Part shown: piece by piece, positions 37,395-46,343 of the stretch
How the letters are laid out: every line of letters starts with the position of its first letter
Position numbering within the stretch: position 1 is the stretch's first letter
From: Candidatus Binatia bacterium
GTDB taxonomy: Bacteria; Desulfobacterota; Binatia; UBA9968; JAJDTQ01
Reading direction: 5' to 3'
Length of the DNA stretch: 64,000 bases
NCBI GenBank assembly: GCA_963666515.2
Contig: OY762897.2
Span: forward strand, 1,344,001 to 1,408,000
The notes under the pieces: generated by a model
What the model was told of the DNA's origin: nothing
Database searches by the model: none
Seen by the model: only the letters and a program-made list of their open reading frames with translations
Position numbers and translations under genes: made by a program

Positions 37395-38126
37395 TCACGG
37401 ATGGCTCGAAGGGCGCCGCAGGCGAATGGCCGCCAGGAAATCCCTTGCGAATCGCCGCGCCTCGGCCAGCCTTGCGGACACATCCGGCCACCCCCGCTGT
37501 ATCTCCTTCTGCTTGCGTCGATAGTCGTCCTGATGTTTCCTGAAGCGCTTTCGCTTCGGCAATGCGGCCAGTTGCTCCTCGGGACGGGACCGACATTCCC
37601 AATCGTCTTGCTGAACGAGATTGTTGTCCGGCCAGACCGCCGCAACCACCCATGCTTCGATGTTCTTCGATGGCGTGCTCAAGATCACCTGTGACGGAGT
37701 TCTGGATTCGCCCAGCCAGTTGAGAACGACCCCTCGCAACGTGTCCGTAGTGTCGCTGGACGGTGGGCAGGGCTGTTCGCAGGGCAGGTCTTGGCGCGGC
37801 GCATCGCGAACGCCTCCGCTGGAGTATGTCTTGCTCGCCACGTCCGCGTCCATCTGCACGATCAACGCATCGTGGTGCAGCAATGCCGAGGAACCGGACA
37901 CGGAACCTCCGCCCTCCAAAGCAGCTTGCCTGCACCACCGATACACTCCGACCCATCCGGCACCGCGTGCGCTGGATGTTGCTTCACCAAAGGCGAGAGA
38001 CCTTTCCGGCTGAAGCGTCTGCAGGACGAAATCGGTATCCGGAAGCAGGGCAGCCAGGATTGATTCGAGCACGATTGCGTCGGTGGGTCCTTCGACGGCC
38101 ACGGCGACGCGCAACGGATCAGACAT
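37395..38126 (-). CDS. Hypothetical protein, TOPRIM-like (DUF4276/RloB-type) partner of ABC-type ATPase
   Basis: VAVEGPTD, QMDADV (DxD), NIEAWV; overlaps the ATPase stop. Confidence 0.65.
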   Translation of the reverse strand: MSDPLRVAVAVEGPTDAIVLESILAALLPDTDFVLQTLQPERSLAFGEATSSARGAGWVGVYRWCRQAALEGGGSVSGSSALLHHDALIVQMDADVASKTYSSGGVRDAPRQDLPCEQPCPPSSDTTDTLRGVVLNWLGESRTPSQVILSTPSKNIEAWVVAAVWPDNNLVQQDDWECRSRPEEQLAALPKRKRFRKHQDDYRRKQKEIQRGWPDVSARLAEARRFARDFLAAIRLRRPSSHP

Positions 38127-39324
38127 CCGGGACGCCTCCCAGATGTCCCATCACCCACAAACGCGACAACGTCCAGCCCTGCTCTGCCCGTTCCAACAGA
38201 TGGTCATTGACGACGATCCGGCAGATGGAAGTACGGCCCGAGTTGGCCCGGGACACGGTGAACAATCGCACACCCTCATCCTGCAATGGCAGTCCGTCCA
38301 ATACCAACGGGTTGTGCGTGGTCAGCAGGATCTGACGTGCGTTTTTCGCGGAAAGATACCATTCACACAGGAGCTTGATCAGAGAACGGGCCAACCTGGG
38401 ATTCAACCCGTGATCAGCGTTGTCAACGGCGCAAAGTCTGGGACTCTCCTTATGGCCCGACAAGACCGCGAGAAAGAGGGCGACCAAGGCGCCCTCGGAA
38501 GCGTCGTAGCCGGACAGGACGTTCCGGTCCTCGCGCATGAATCGGTCACGAAATCGTATCACGTTTCTCGACGCTGCCGCGCTCGGAGAAAGCGAAAGCC
38601 GGCTGGCGGAGGTTGCACCAAAACTCTTGGCCCAATCCACGAGCCCAAGCGTCTCTCGACAAATCCGTCGGCTGTGGGCATCACTGACACGTTGCCTGAG
38701 CAACTCCGATATCGCTTGAGGCAGCCCCCCTCCAGAGAGGCCCACCGGGTGTCTCGGTTGTGTTTCCGGAGCAACGCCACGCAGCACCGGTGTGGTCGGT
38801 GAATAAATCACGTAACCTTGCAATAGTTTCAAGAGGTCCAGGGCGGAACCTGACGGCACTTCCACGGCCTTTAATGCGGCGAGACCTCGCTCGGGATCGA
38901 CTCCGTTCGAGTTTTGGCTACGCGGCGACCGGCCGACAAGGGGCTTGGCCTTCGTCTCGCCATCGTCCCACAACTCTGTCTTGAATCGCCATGCAGGCGC
39001 CGGTTCCGTAAGAGGGTTGTGGAGTGAGACTTCGTATCTGGCATGGGCGCCTTGACCGCCGAAGAATAGATGCGGAGGGATTCTTTCGCCGGCCTTGGCC
39101 GGAAAGGCCGACTTGTACAACGCGGGAAGGCCGGGCCGGACGCCGCGGGCCAGCAGGGTCTGGTCGTCAACCCTGCCGTCCGCGGCCGCGGATAGTATGC
39201 CCAACGCCTCCAGGAGATTGCTCTTACCGCTCCCGTTGGCGCCAATGAAGACGTTAACCTGTCCCAGGTCAACCGTCACGTCATCCAGAGACTTGAAGGT
39301 CTTGACGTATAGTTTCTCCAGCAT
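38119..39324 (-). CDS. AAA_15/AAA_21 (ABC-type) ATPase
   Basis: FKSL, FIGANGSGKSNLLEAL, ASEG signature, variant Walker B CAVDNADHGLNP, LTTHNP. Confidence 0.88.
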   Translation of the reverse strand: MLEKLYVKTFKSLDDVTVDLGQVNVFIGANGSGKSNLLEALGILSAAADGRVDDQTLLARGVRPGLPALYKSAFPAKAGERIPPHLFFGGQGAHARYEVSLHNPLTEPAPAWRFKTELWDDGETKAKPLVGRSPRSQNSNGVDPERGLAALKAVEVPSGSALDLLKLLQGYVIYSPTTPVLRGVAPETQPRHPVGLSGGGLPQAISELLRQRVSDAHSRRICRETLGLVDWAKSFGATSASRLSLSPSAAASRNVIRFRDRFMREDRNVLSGYDASEGALVALFLAVLSGHKESPRLCAVDNADHGLNPRLARSLIKLLCEWYLSAKNARQILLTTHNPLVLDGLPLQDEGVRLFTVSRANSGRTSICRIVVNDHLLERAEQGWTLSRLWVMGHLGGVPDV

Positions 39325-39378
39325 CGGAAGTGCTTCCCAGTGCCTTGTGGTTCCGCGAATCCTGGATCGGTCCTCGCG

Positions 39379-40347
39379 TCAAACTTCCAGCCCAAGCCTC
39401 CCGATGCTCTCGATGTAGTCGTCGATGCCTTTTTCCAGGTCGTACTGCGGCGAGTAGCCCAACTGCTCGCGGGCCTTGGTGATGTCGAAGACGCAGTAGC
39501 TCTGCTTGTAGCCGTCGCGGAAGTCGAGGCCGGGGCCGATGTCGATCTTCGCCTCGGGGAAGATGAGCTTCAGCACGTCGGCGAAGTCTTTCAGCGTAAC
39601 GCCCCTGCCGGTGCCGATGTTGAACGTCCACTGGGTGAGGCCCTCGGCGTTAAGGGCCAGGACGATGGAATGGGCGACGTCGCCGACGTAGACGGCGTCG
39701 TTCCGCTGGTCGCCGCCGCGCGGGATGGAAACCTCCCGTCCGGCCATGGCGTCCTCGATGATCTTGCCGTAGAGGGCCAGCACGCCGTGGCGCGCCAGCT
39801 TGCCCGGGCCGTAGATGGAAGGGTAGCGCAGGGCCACGAACTCGATGCCGTAGCGCTTGCGGTAGTAGTTGCCAAGCGTCTCGGAGCAGACCTTGGTGAC
39901 GCCGTAGAGGTCCGCGGGGTTGGGCGGCAGGGATTCGTCCAGAGGCACGAAATCGGGATGGCCGTGCTTGCCGCTGATGTTGCCGACGAAGGCGTTGGAG
40001 CTGGTGTAGACCACGCGCCGGACGTCGCAGGCGCGTGCGGCTTCCAGCACGTTCAGGGTGCCGTCCACCCCGATGGCGATGGCCAGGCTCGGATTGGCCT
40101 CGGCCGGGCCGGGCATCAGGGCCGCCATGTGCGCGATATGGGTGATGCCATGGGCCGCCACGACCTCCTTCAGCCCCGCGCCGTCCAGGATGTCGCCGGT
40201 CGCCACGTCCACGCCGTCCGCGATGTCCGCGATCAGCGACAGGTCCACACGGTTGTCCAGCAGCACGGGCCGTTGCCCTCGGGACACCAGGAGGCGCGCG
40301 GTGGCCGCGCCGTTCACGCCGGTTCCGCCGGTAATCAAGGTCTTCAT
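39379..40347 (-). CDS. NAD-dependent epimerase/dehydratase
   Basis: LITGGTGVNG, HMAA, YTSS, LYGVTK, IYGPG. Confidence 0.93.
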   Translation of the reverse strand: MKTLITGGTGVNGAATARLLVSRGQRPVLLDNRVDLSLIADIADGVDVATGDILDGAGLKEVVAAHGITHIAHMAALMPGPAEANPSLAIAIGVDGTLNVLEAARACDVRRVVYTSSNAFVGNISGKHGHPDFVPLDESLPPNPADLYGVTKVCSETLGNYYRKRYGIEFVALRYPSIYGPGKLARHGVLALYGKIIEDAMAGREVSIPRGGDQRNDAVYVGDVAHSIVLALNAEGLTQWTFNIGTGRGVTLKDFADVLKLIFPEAKIDIGPGLDFRDGYKQSYCVFDITKAREQLGYSPQYDLEKGIDDYIESIGRLGLEV

Positions 40348-40380
40348 TGTCACCCAATCCTCAATGCAAAACGCCAGCCA

Positions 40381-40417
40381 CCCTTCGACTTCGCTCCGCT
40401 ACGCTCAGGGTGAACGG
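40381..40417 (+). repeat. REP-like family B, single arm
   Basis: CCCTTCGACTTCGCTCCGCTACGCTCAGGGTGAACGG; related to the arms at 41228-41331 and the fragment at 46307-46321. Confidence 0.8.
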
Positions 40418-40484
40418 GAGAACACGACCTTCAGGGTCTGCTTAGCCGCTTCAGGCCCCTCGTGCAATACGCTATAGTGGAATC

Positions 40485-41225
40485 ATGATGTACCGGACCC
40501 AGCCCGCCTACGGGTCGTTCAGCTTCGGCGGTCCGGTCACGCCCGCGGTCAAGTGGCTCTTGATCGTCAACATCGTCGTCTTCGTCTTCCAGCTTCCCTA
40601 TCTCGGCGGCCGTCCGCTGCTGTGGATATTTGGCCTGGTGCCGCAGCTCGTGTGGGAACAGCTCCACGTCTGGCAGCTCTTCACCTACCAGTTCCTCCAT
40701 TTCGGCCTGTTCCACATCCTGTTCAACATGCTGGCCCTGTGGATGTTCGGGTGCGACCTGGAGCGGGCCTGGGGCACGCGGTTCTTCCTCAAGTACTACT
40801 GGGTCAGCGTGGTGGGGGGCGGGCTCTGCGTGCTGCTCCTGGAGCCGGCCCAGGCCATCCCCACCATCGGCGCGTCGGCCGGCATCTACGGCGTGCTGCT
40901 GGCCTACGGGCGGCTCTATCCCAACACGGTTGTCTACTTCTACCTGCTGTTCCCCATAAAGATGAAGTACTTCGTGCTCATCATCGGCGCCATCGCCTTC
41001 TTCTCGTCCATCAGCCCCGGCAACTCCGGCATCTCCCACCTGGGCCACCTCGGCGGCATGCTGTTCGGCTACGCCTACCTCCGCTGGGGCTACATGCTGA
41101 ACCTCCGGCGCTCGTGGGCCACGGCCAGGCACGAGTACTACCGTTTCCGCCTGGCCCGCCTCAAGCGGCGCTTCCGCGTGGTCGAGGGGAAGAAGAAGGA
41201 CGACGAGCCGCCCACGCTGCACTAA
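40485..41225 (+). CDS. Rhomboid intramembrane serine protease
   Basis: WQLFTYQFLH, HILFNM, IGASAG, HLGHLGG. Confidence 0.94.
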   Translation: MMYRTQPAYGSFSFGGPVTPAVKWLLIVNIVVFVFQLPYLGGRPLLWIFGLVPQLVWEQLHVWQLFTYQFLHFGLFHILFNMLALWMFGCDLERAWGTRFFLKYYWVSVVGGGLCVLLLEPAQAIPTIGASAGIYGVLLAYGRLYPNTVVYFYLLFPIKMKYFVLIIGAIAFFSSISPGNSGISHLGHLGGMLFGYAYLRWGYMLNLRRSWATARHEYYRFRLARLKRRFRVVEGKKKDDEPPTLH

Positions 41226-41227
41226 TG

Positions 41228-41331
41228 GCGTCCTTCGACTTCGCTCCGCTACGCGTCGCTACGCTCAGGACGAACGGTTGTGACAGCCTTTCTGTTCGTC
41301 CTGAGCGTAGCGAAGCGAAGTCGAAGGACGC
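41228..41331. repeat. REP-like family B inverted doublet (REPIN/MITE-like hairpin)
   Basis: GCGTCCTTCGACTTCGCT...CGCTACGCTCAGGACGAAC paired with GTTCGTCCTGAGCGTAGCGAAGCGAAGTCGAAGGACGC; lies between the convergent rhomboid and arfB genes. Confidence 0.85.
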
Positions 41332-41339
41332 AAACTTAC

Positions 41340-41765
41340 TTACTCGGACAAGCTCGTCGCGGGTGCGCGCGACTTCTTGATCTCGCTCCGTTTTCGCTTG
41401 TCGTCGAGACGGCGCTGCCGCGCCCCCAGGGTGGGCTTGGTGGGGCGTCGCGGAACGGGTTTCTCAGCGGCCTTGCGGATCAGCTTCGCCAGCCGCTCCA
41501 GCGCGTCCTCCCGGTTGTGCGACTGGTCGCGGTAGCGACGGGCCTCGATGGTCAGCACCCCGTTCTTGTCCACGCGCCTCCCGGCCGCTCGCAGGAGGCG
41601 TTCCCGCACGGCCGCCGGCAGCGACGGGGAATCGATGATCCTGAACCGGAGCTGCACTGCGGTGGCGGTCTTGTTGACGTTCTGCCCGCCGGGCCCTGAA
41701 GCCCGGATGAACCGCTCTTCGATCTCGCCCTCGTCCAGGCTGATGCGGCTGGTAATTCGTAGCAT
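41340..41765 (-). CDS. arfB: Alternative ribosome rescue peptidyl-tRNA hydrolase ArfB
   Basis: FIRASGPGGQNVNKTATAVQLRF, RYRDQSHNREDA, basic tail RRPTKPT..ARQRRLDDKRKRSEIK. Confidence 0.95.
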   Translation of the reverse strand: MLRITSRISLDEGEIEERFIRASGPGGQNVNKTATAVQLRFRIIDSPSLPAAVRERLLRAAGRRVDKNGVLTIEARRYRDQSHNREDALERLAKLIRKAAEKPVPRRPTKPTLGARQRRLDDKRKRSEIKKSRAPATSLSE

Positions 41766-41927
41766 CGGTTCTCTCGGCGCTGACCCGATTTCGTGGGGCG
41801 CCACTTTGCCGGGCGCCCTGCTTGTATCCCGCGCCGTTTCGGGCATCATCCTCTTGTGTAACAGATATGGGAACCCGGCCCTACCGCCGTACAAACGGTA
41901 TGGGGCAGGGCGGATCGAGGAGGACGA

Positions 41928-43706
41928 ATGCGCATCATTCGAATCATTCTCATGGTGATTGGAGCGCTGGCGACCCTGACGGCCGCCGGCGTCGTGGCCG
42001 CGGTGATCTTCTTTTCCACGCGCACGCCGCCGGTGCCGGAGAAGACGGTCCTTACCCTGGACCTGGACCGCAGCGTCCCGGAAATCGGCTCCGGCGGACT
42101 CACGCCCTGGAGCGGCCTCGGGAAGACGCGGCCGGCGCTCTGGGAAGCCGTCGCCGCCATCGAGCGGGCGGCGGAGGACGAGCGCGTGGTAGGTCTCGTG
42201 GCCCGCGTCGGCGCGTCGGACATGGGCTTGGCGCGGACCCAGGAGCTGCGCGACGCGGTCCAGGCCTTCCGCCGCTCCGGCAAGCCAGCCTACGCCTTCG
42301 CCGAATCCTTCGGCGACTTCGGTCCCGGCAACGCCGCCTTCTACTTGGCCGCGGCGTTCGAGAAGATATACCTGCAACCGTCCGGGGACGTGGGGCTCAC
42401 CGGCCTGCTGGCGCAGAGCTATTTTCTCAAGGGCACGCTGGAAAAGCTCGACGTGCAGTTCCGGATGAGCCAGCGGGAAGAATACAAGGGCGTCAGGGAT
42501 CGCTTCACGGACAGCGGCTTCACGGCCGCTCAAAGGGAGGCGGTCACCCGGATACTGGAGTCCCTGACCGAGCAGTTGACCGCGGGGATCGCCGAGGGAC
42601 GCGGGCTCTCCCGCGACGAGGTACGGGCCTTGATGCAGCAGGCGCCTTTCCCCGCCAGGGAGGCCCTGGAGGCACGGCTGGTGGACGGCCTGCTCTACCG
42701 CGATGAGGTGGATGAACTGGTCCGCGAGACGCTGGGAAAGGACATCGCGTTTCTGTCCCTGTCCCGCTACCGTCGCCGGCTCGAAGCCGGGGACGGCGAC
42801 GCCGCCACCGTGGCGCTGATCCACGGTCTGGGTCAGGTCCACCGCGGGAGCAGCCGCCACCGCGCCTTCACCGGGCGGGACTCCATGGGGTCGGACAGCA
42901 TCGCCCGGGCCTTTCGGCGGGCCGCGGACGACGATGAGGTGAAGGCCATCATCTTCCGCGTCGACAGCCCGGGCGGCTCCTACGTGGCCTCGGACGTGAT
43001 CCGGCGCGAAGTGCTGCGGGCGCGCCGGCGGGGCAAACCGGTGATCGTTTCCATGGGCGACGTCGCGGGCTCCGGCGGCTATTTCGTCGCCGCCCCGGCC
43101 GACCGGATCGTAGCCCAGCCCGCGACCCTCACCGGCTCCATCGGGGTGGCCGGCGGGAAGGTTGTCACCAGGGGCCTGTGGGAAAAGCTCGGCGTGTCCT
43201 GGGACCAGGTAGCCGGCAACACCAACGCCACCTTCTGGAGCGCGATCGAGGACTACGATCCAGTCCAGCGCGCGCGCCTGGAGGGGCTGCTCGACACGGT
43301 CTACGATGACTTCCTTTCCAAGGTGGCGGAGGGCCGGAATCTGACTCGTGAACAGGTGTCGGCCGCGGCCAAGGGACGTGTCTGGACCGGCGCCGATGCG
43401 AGGGAGCATGGGCTGGTGGATGACCTGGGCGGTTACGCGGCGACGCTCGCGGCCGTGCGAGAGGTCGCCGGCATCGCTCCTGACGCAGCCATCCGGCTGC
43501 GGCCGTTCCCGCGCCGGAAGTCCACGCTCCGGCTCCTGGCCGAACAGTTGACGGGGGAGGGCGATGCGGAGATCGGCATCCCCGCGCGGGACCTCCTGAG
43601 TGGAACCCTGGAGCGCCTGGGACCGCCGGCGGGCTGGGCGCGTTCGGCCGGTCTGGCGGGGCGCCGGGGTCTGTTGGAGATGGCGGTGCCCGGCGGGCTC
43701 CGTTGA
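41928..43706 (+). CDS. sppA: Signal peptide peptidase SppA (67K type)
   Basis: N-terminal TM, tandem S49 domains, RVDSPGGS, SMGDVAGSGGYF, TGSIGV, KGRVWTG. Confidence 0.94.
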   Translation: MRIIRIILMVIGALATLTAAGVVAAVIFFSTRTPPVPEKTVLTLDLDRSVPEIGSGGLTPWSGLGKTRPALWEAVAAIERAAEDERVVGLVARVGASDMGLARTQELRDAVQAFRRSGKPAYAFAESFGDFGPGNAAFYLAAAFEKIYLQPSGDVGLTGLLAQSYFLKGTLEKLDVQFRMSQREEYKGVRDRFTDSGFTAAQREAVTRILESLTEQLTAGIAEGRGLSRDEVRALMQQAPFPAREALEARLVDGLLYRDEVDELVRETLGKDIAFLSLSRYRRRLEAGDGDAATVALIHGLGQVHRGSSRHRAFTGRDSMGSDSIARAFRRAADDDEVKAIIFRVDSPGGSYVASDVIRREVLRARRRGKPVIVSMGDVAGSGGYFVAAPADRIVAQPATLTGSIGVAGGKVVTRGLWEKLGVSWDQVAGNTNATFWSAIEDYDPVQRARLEGLLDTVYDDFLSKVAEGRNLTREQVSAAAKGRVWTGADAREHGLVDDLGGYAATLAAVREVAGIAPDAAIRLRPFPRRKSTLRLLAEQLTGEGDAEIGIPARDLLSGTLERLGPPAGWARSAGLAGRRGLLEMAVPGGLR

Positions 43707-43758
43707 CGGGCTGGTCCGCGCAGAGCGGGTGAGGATTCGTTACATATCAGGCTTTGCT

Positions 43759-43786
43759 CTGGACCCCGGATCAAGTCCGGGGTGAC
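43759..43786 (-). repeat. REP-like palindrome family A
   Basis: CTGGACCCCGGATCAAGTCCGGGGTGAC (reverse orientation). Confidence 0.8.
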
Positions 43787-43900
43787 GCGGAATCGGTCCT
43801 GCAACCGCGCGGCTTGACAGGGGAAAGCGGGCTTTGCTAGCCGGTATGGCTGCGGGATTGCCGCGGACTTCCACGACTCCGGAGCGTTTCTTCACACATC

Positions 43901-45097
43901 ATGCTTGACGGCATCAGAGTGCTTGAGCTCGGCCACATCGTGGCCGGACCTACGGCGGGGCTCATCCTGGCGGCGCTGGGGGCCGACGTCATCAAGGTGG
44001 AGCGTCCCGGCAGCGGCGACCAGGCGCGCTTCAGCCGCGGCAACCAGGGCTACTTCCTGGCCTTCAACGGCGGCAAGCGGAGCATCGCCCTGGACCTGAA
44101 GGACGCGCGCGGACGCGAGGCATTCGAGCGGCTGTTGCGGACTTCCGACGTGCTCATCGACAACTACGGCCCCGGCGTGCTGGAACGCATGGGCCTGGGC
44201 TACGACGCGCTGCAACGCATCAAGCCCGGCCTGCTTCACTGCGGCATCAAGGGGTTCCTCGCGGGACCCTACGAGCAACGCAACCTGCTGGACGAGCCCG
44301 CGCAGATGATGGGCGGTCTGGCCTACATGACCGGGCCCCCCGGCATGCCGCTCCGGGCCGGCGCCTCCATCATCGACATGACCGGCGCCATGTTCGGCGT
44401 CATCGGCATCCTCGCGGCGCTGCTCGGCCGCGGCCGGGAAGGCGGCGGCAACGACATGCGGGTCGGATTGTTCGAGACCGCGGTGTTCCTGGTGTCCCAG
44501 CACATCGCCAAGGCGGGGATATCGGGGGAAGTCCCTGCCCCCATGACCGAGCGCGGCGTGGGGCAGGATCTGGGTTGGGGCATCTACAAAGTGTTCGAGA
44601 CCCGGGACGGGCGCCACGTGTTCATCGGCGTTACCAGCGATGTCCAGTGGGAGGCCTACTGCAAGGAGTTCGGCCTGGACGAGATCTGGGCGGAACAGGC
44701 ACTGCGGAACAACGCTGGCCGGCGTGCGGAGTTCCGCCGTTTGACCGGGCTCACCGAGGAACTGGTGCGCACCTTCGAGTTCCGCGACATCGTCGCCCGG
44801 CTCGAATCGGCCAACATCCCCCACGCGCCCATCAACACCCCGACGGATCTGTTCGAGCACCCCCATCTCAAGGAACGGGGCCACATGACCGAATTGACCG
44901 CGCCCGACGGCACCTCGTCGCCGTTGCCGGGCCTGCCGGTGGATTTCCGGGACTCGGAGTTGCCGCGCCGGACGAATCCGCCCCTGCTGGGCGAGCATAC
45001 GGTTTCCTTGCTGCGGGAATTGGGCTATTCGGAAGAGGAGATTTCCGCCATCACCACCCCAGGGCCGCCCATGGATTCCGGGTCAAGCCCGGAATGA
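43901..45097 (+). CDS. CoA-transferase family III (CaiB/BaiF)
   Basis: LDGIRVLEL, LGADVIKVE, NGGKRSIALDLK, D in SIIDMTG, PPLLGEHT. Confidence 0.95.
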   Translation: MLDGIRVLELGHIVAGPTAGLILAALGADVIKVERPGSGDQARFSRGNQGYFLAFNGGKRSIALDLKDARGREAFERLLRTSDVLIDNYGPGVLERMGLGYDALQRIKPGLLHCGIKGFLAGPYEQRNLLDEPAQMMGGLAYMTGPPGMPLRAGASIIDMTGAMFGVIGILAALLGRGREGGGNDMRVGLFETAVFLVSQHIAKAGISGEVPAPMTERGVGQDLGWGIYKVFETRDGRHVFIGVTSDVQWEAYCKEFGLDEIWAEQALRNNAGRRAEFRRLTGLTEELVRTFEFRDIVARLESANIPHAPINTPTDLFEHPHLKERGHMTELTAPDGTSSPLPGLPVDFRDSELPRRTNPPLLGEHTVSLLRELGYSEEEISAITTPGPPMDSGSSPE

Positions 45098-45098
45098 C
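45071..45098 (-). repeat. REP-like palindrome family A supplying the stop codon of the CoA-transferase
   Basis: ATGGATTCCGGGTCAAGCCCGGAATGAC encodes MDSGSSPE-stop. Confidence 0.85.
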
Positions 45099-45169
45099 GG
45101 ATGCGGGCATGGAGACGAGTTCGTGATGTCGTGCCGAGTGTGGACAGTCTGAACATGCGGAGACAATCA

Positions 45170-46294
45170 ATGTCAATGACAGCGGACCAGCAGATGGACA
45201 TGTCGCAGGTGGACGCCGCCATCGACGCGTGGAAGGCGGTGACGGAGGAGATGACCGGCAAGATCGTGGAGGAGCGCCAGCCGTGGGTCAGCTCCGTGAC
45301 CGGGGACGCCATCAAGCATTTCGCCTTCGGCACGGACGACGACAATCCCCTGTGGACCGATCCGGCCTATGCGGCCAAGACCGCAGAAGGCAGGACCCAG
45401 GCCCCGCCGGCCTTCGTATTCGTCAACCGCTACCCGATCCTTCACGGCGCGCCCATGAAGGCGCCGCTGGCGTCCCTCATCGGCGGCGTGGAGGTGGAGT
45501 GGTTCGGCCACGTGTACGCCGGCGATACCCTGAGTTCCGAGCCGCGCCAGAAGGAGTTCTTCGAGAAGCGCAACAAGGAGGGCCGGCGGCTCAACTTCGT
45601 CATCTCCGGGATCGACTACCGCAACCAGGACAGCAACCTGGTGGCCAGGGCCACCGGCACCATGATCATGGCCACCCAGATCGGCCTCCAGACCATGATG
45701 GAGCACGCGGTGCCGCACTACGACGACGGCGCGCTGGAGCGGCTGGAGACCACCTGGCGGCGCGAGTACCGCCGGGGCAGCGACACGCTCTTCTTCGAAG
45801 ACGTTGGGGAAGGGAGCGAGATCCCGTCCATCGTGCGCGGCCCGCTCACCATCGGCGACATGGTGGCCTGGAACGCGGCCATCGGCCCCTCCTACAAGGC
45901 CGGGCGCTGGGGCTACCTCGACCTCAGCAAGGCCATGCACAGCGCCATGTTCAACCCGGTCACGGGCTTTCCGGTCAAGTACTCGCAGCAGCACGAGGAC
46001 GCCAACATGGCTGCGGGCCGCGGCATGCCCGCGCCCTTCGACAACGGCGTCATGCGTTTCGCATGGGTGGCGCCGCTGGTGACCAACTGGATGGGCGACG
46101 ACGGCTTCCTCAAGCGCTTGAACGTCCAGGTGGCCCGGCCCGGCCTCTACGGCGACCTGACCACCTACTCGGGCCGCATCACGGCCAGGGACGAGGAAAC
46201 GAAGACGGTGACCCTGGAGATCACCGGGACCCGGCAGGACGGGATGGTGAACACCCGCGGCAGCGCGGAGGTGGTCCTTCCCGGCCGGGCGTGA
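45170..46294 (+). CDS. Double MaoC/hotdog-fold (R)-enoyl-CoA hydratase/dehydratase-like protein
   Basis: DAIKHFAFGTDDDNPLWTDPAYA...APPAF in the first domain; FFEDVGEG...QHEDANMA...PFDNG...TNWMGD in the second. Confidence 0.82.
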   Translation: MSMTADQQMDMSQVDAAIDAWKAVTEEMTGKIVEERQPWVSSVTGDAIKHFAFGTDDDNPLWTDPAYAAKTAEGRTQAPPAFVFVNRYPILHGAPMKAPLASLIGGVEVEWFGHVYAGDTLSSEPRQKEFFEKRNKEGRRLNFVISGIDYRNQDSNLVARATGTMIMATQIGLQTMMEHAVPHYDDGALERLETTWRREYRRGSDTLFFEDVGEGSEIPSIVRGPLTIGDMVAWNAAIGPSYKAGRWGYLDLSKAMHSAMFNPVTGFPVKYSQQHEDANMAAGRGMPAPFDNGVMRFAWVAPLVTNWMGDDGFLKRLNVQVARPGLYGDLTTYSGRITARDEETKTVTLEITGTRQDGMVNTRGSAEVVLPGRA

Positions 46295-46343
46295 GGCGGC
46301 CGACAACCGTTCGTCCTGAGCATTCACGGAAAGGAGAGATACC

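Noticed and set aside
41340-43409. 689-aa minus-strand ORF suggesting a giant ArfB fusion
   Set aside because: Only the last 141 aa are ArfB; the rest is antisense to sppA.
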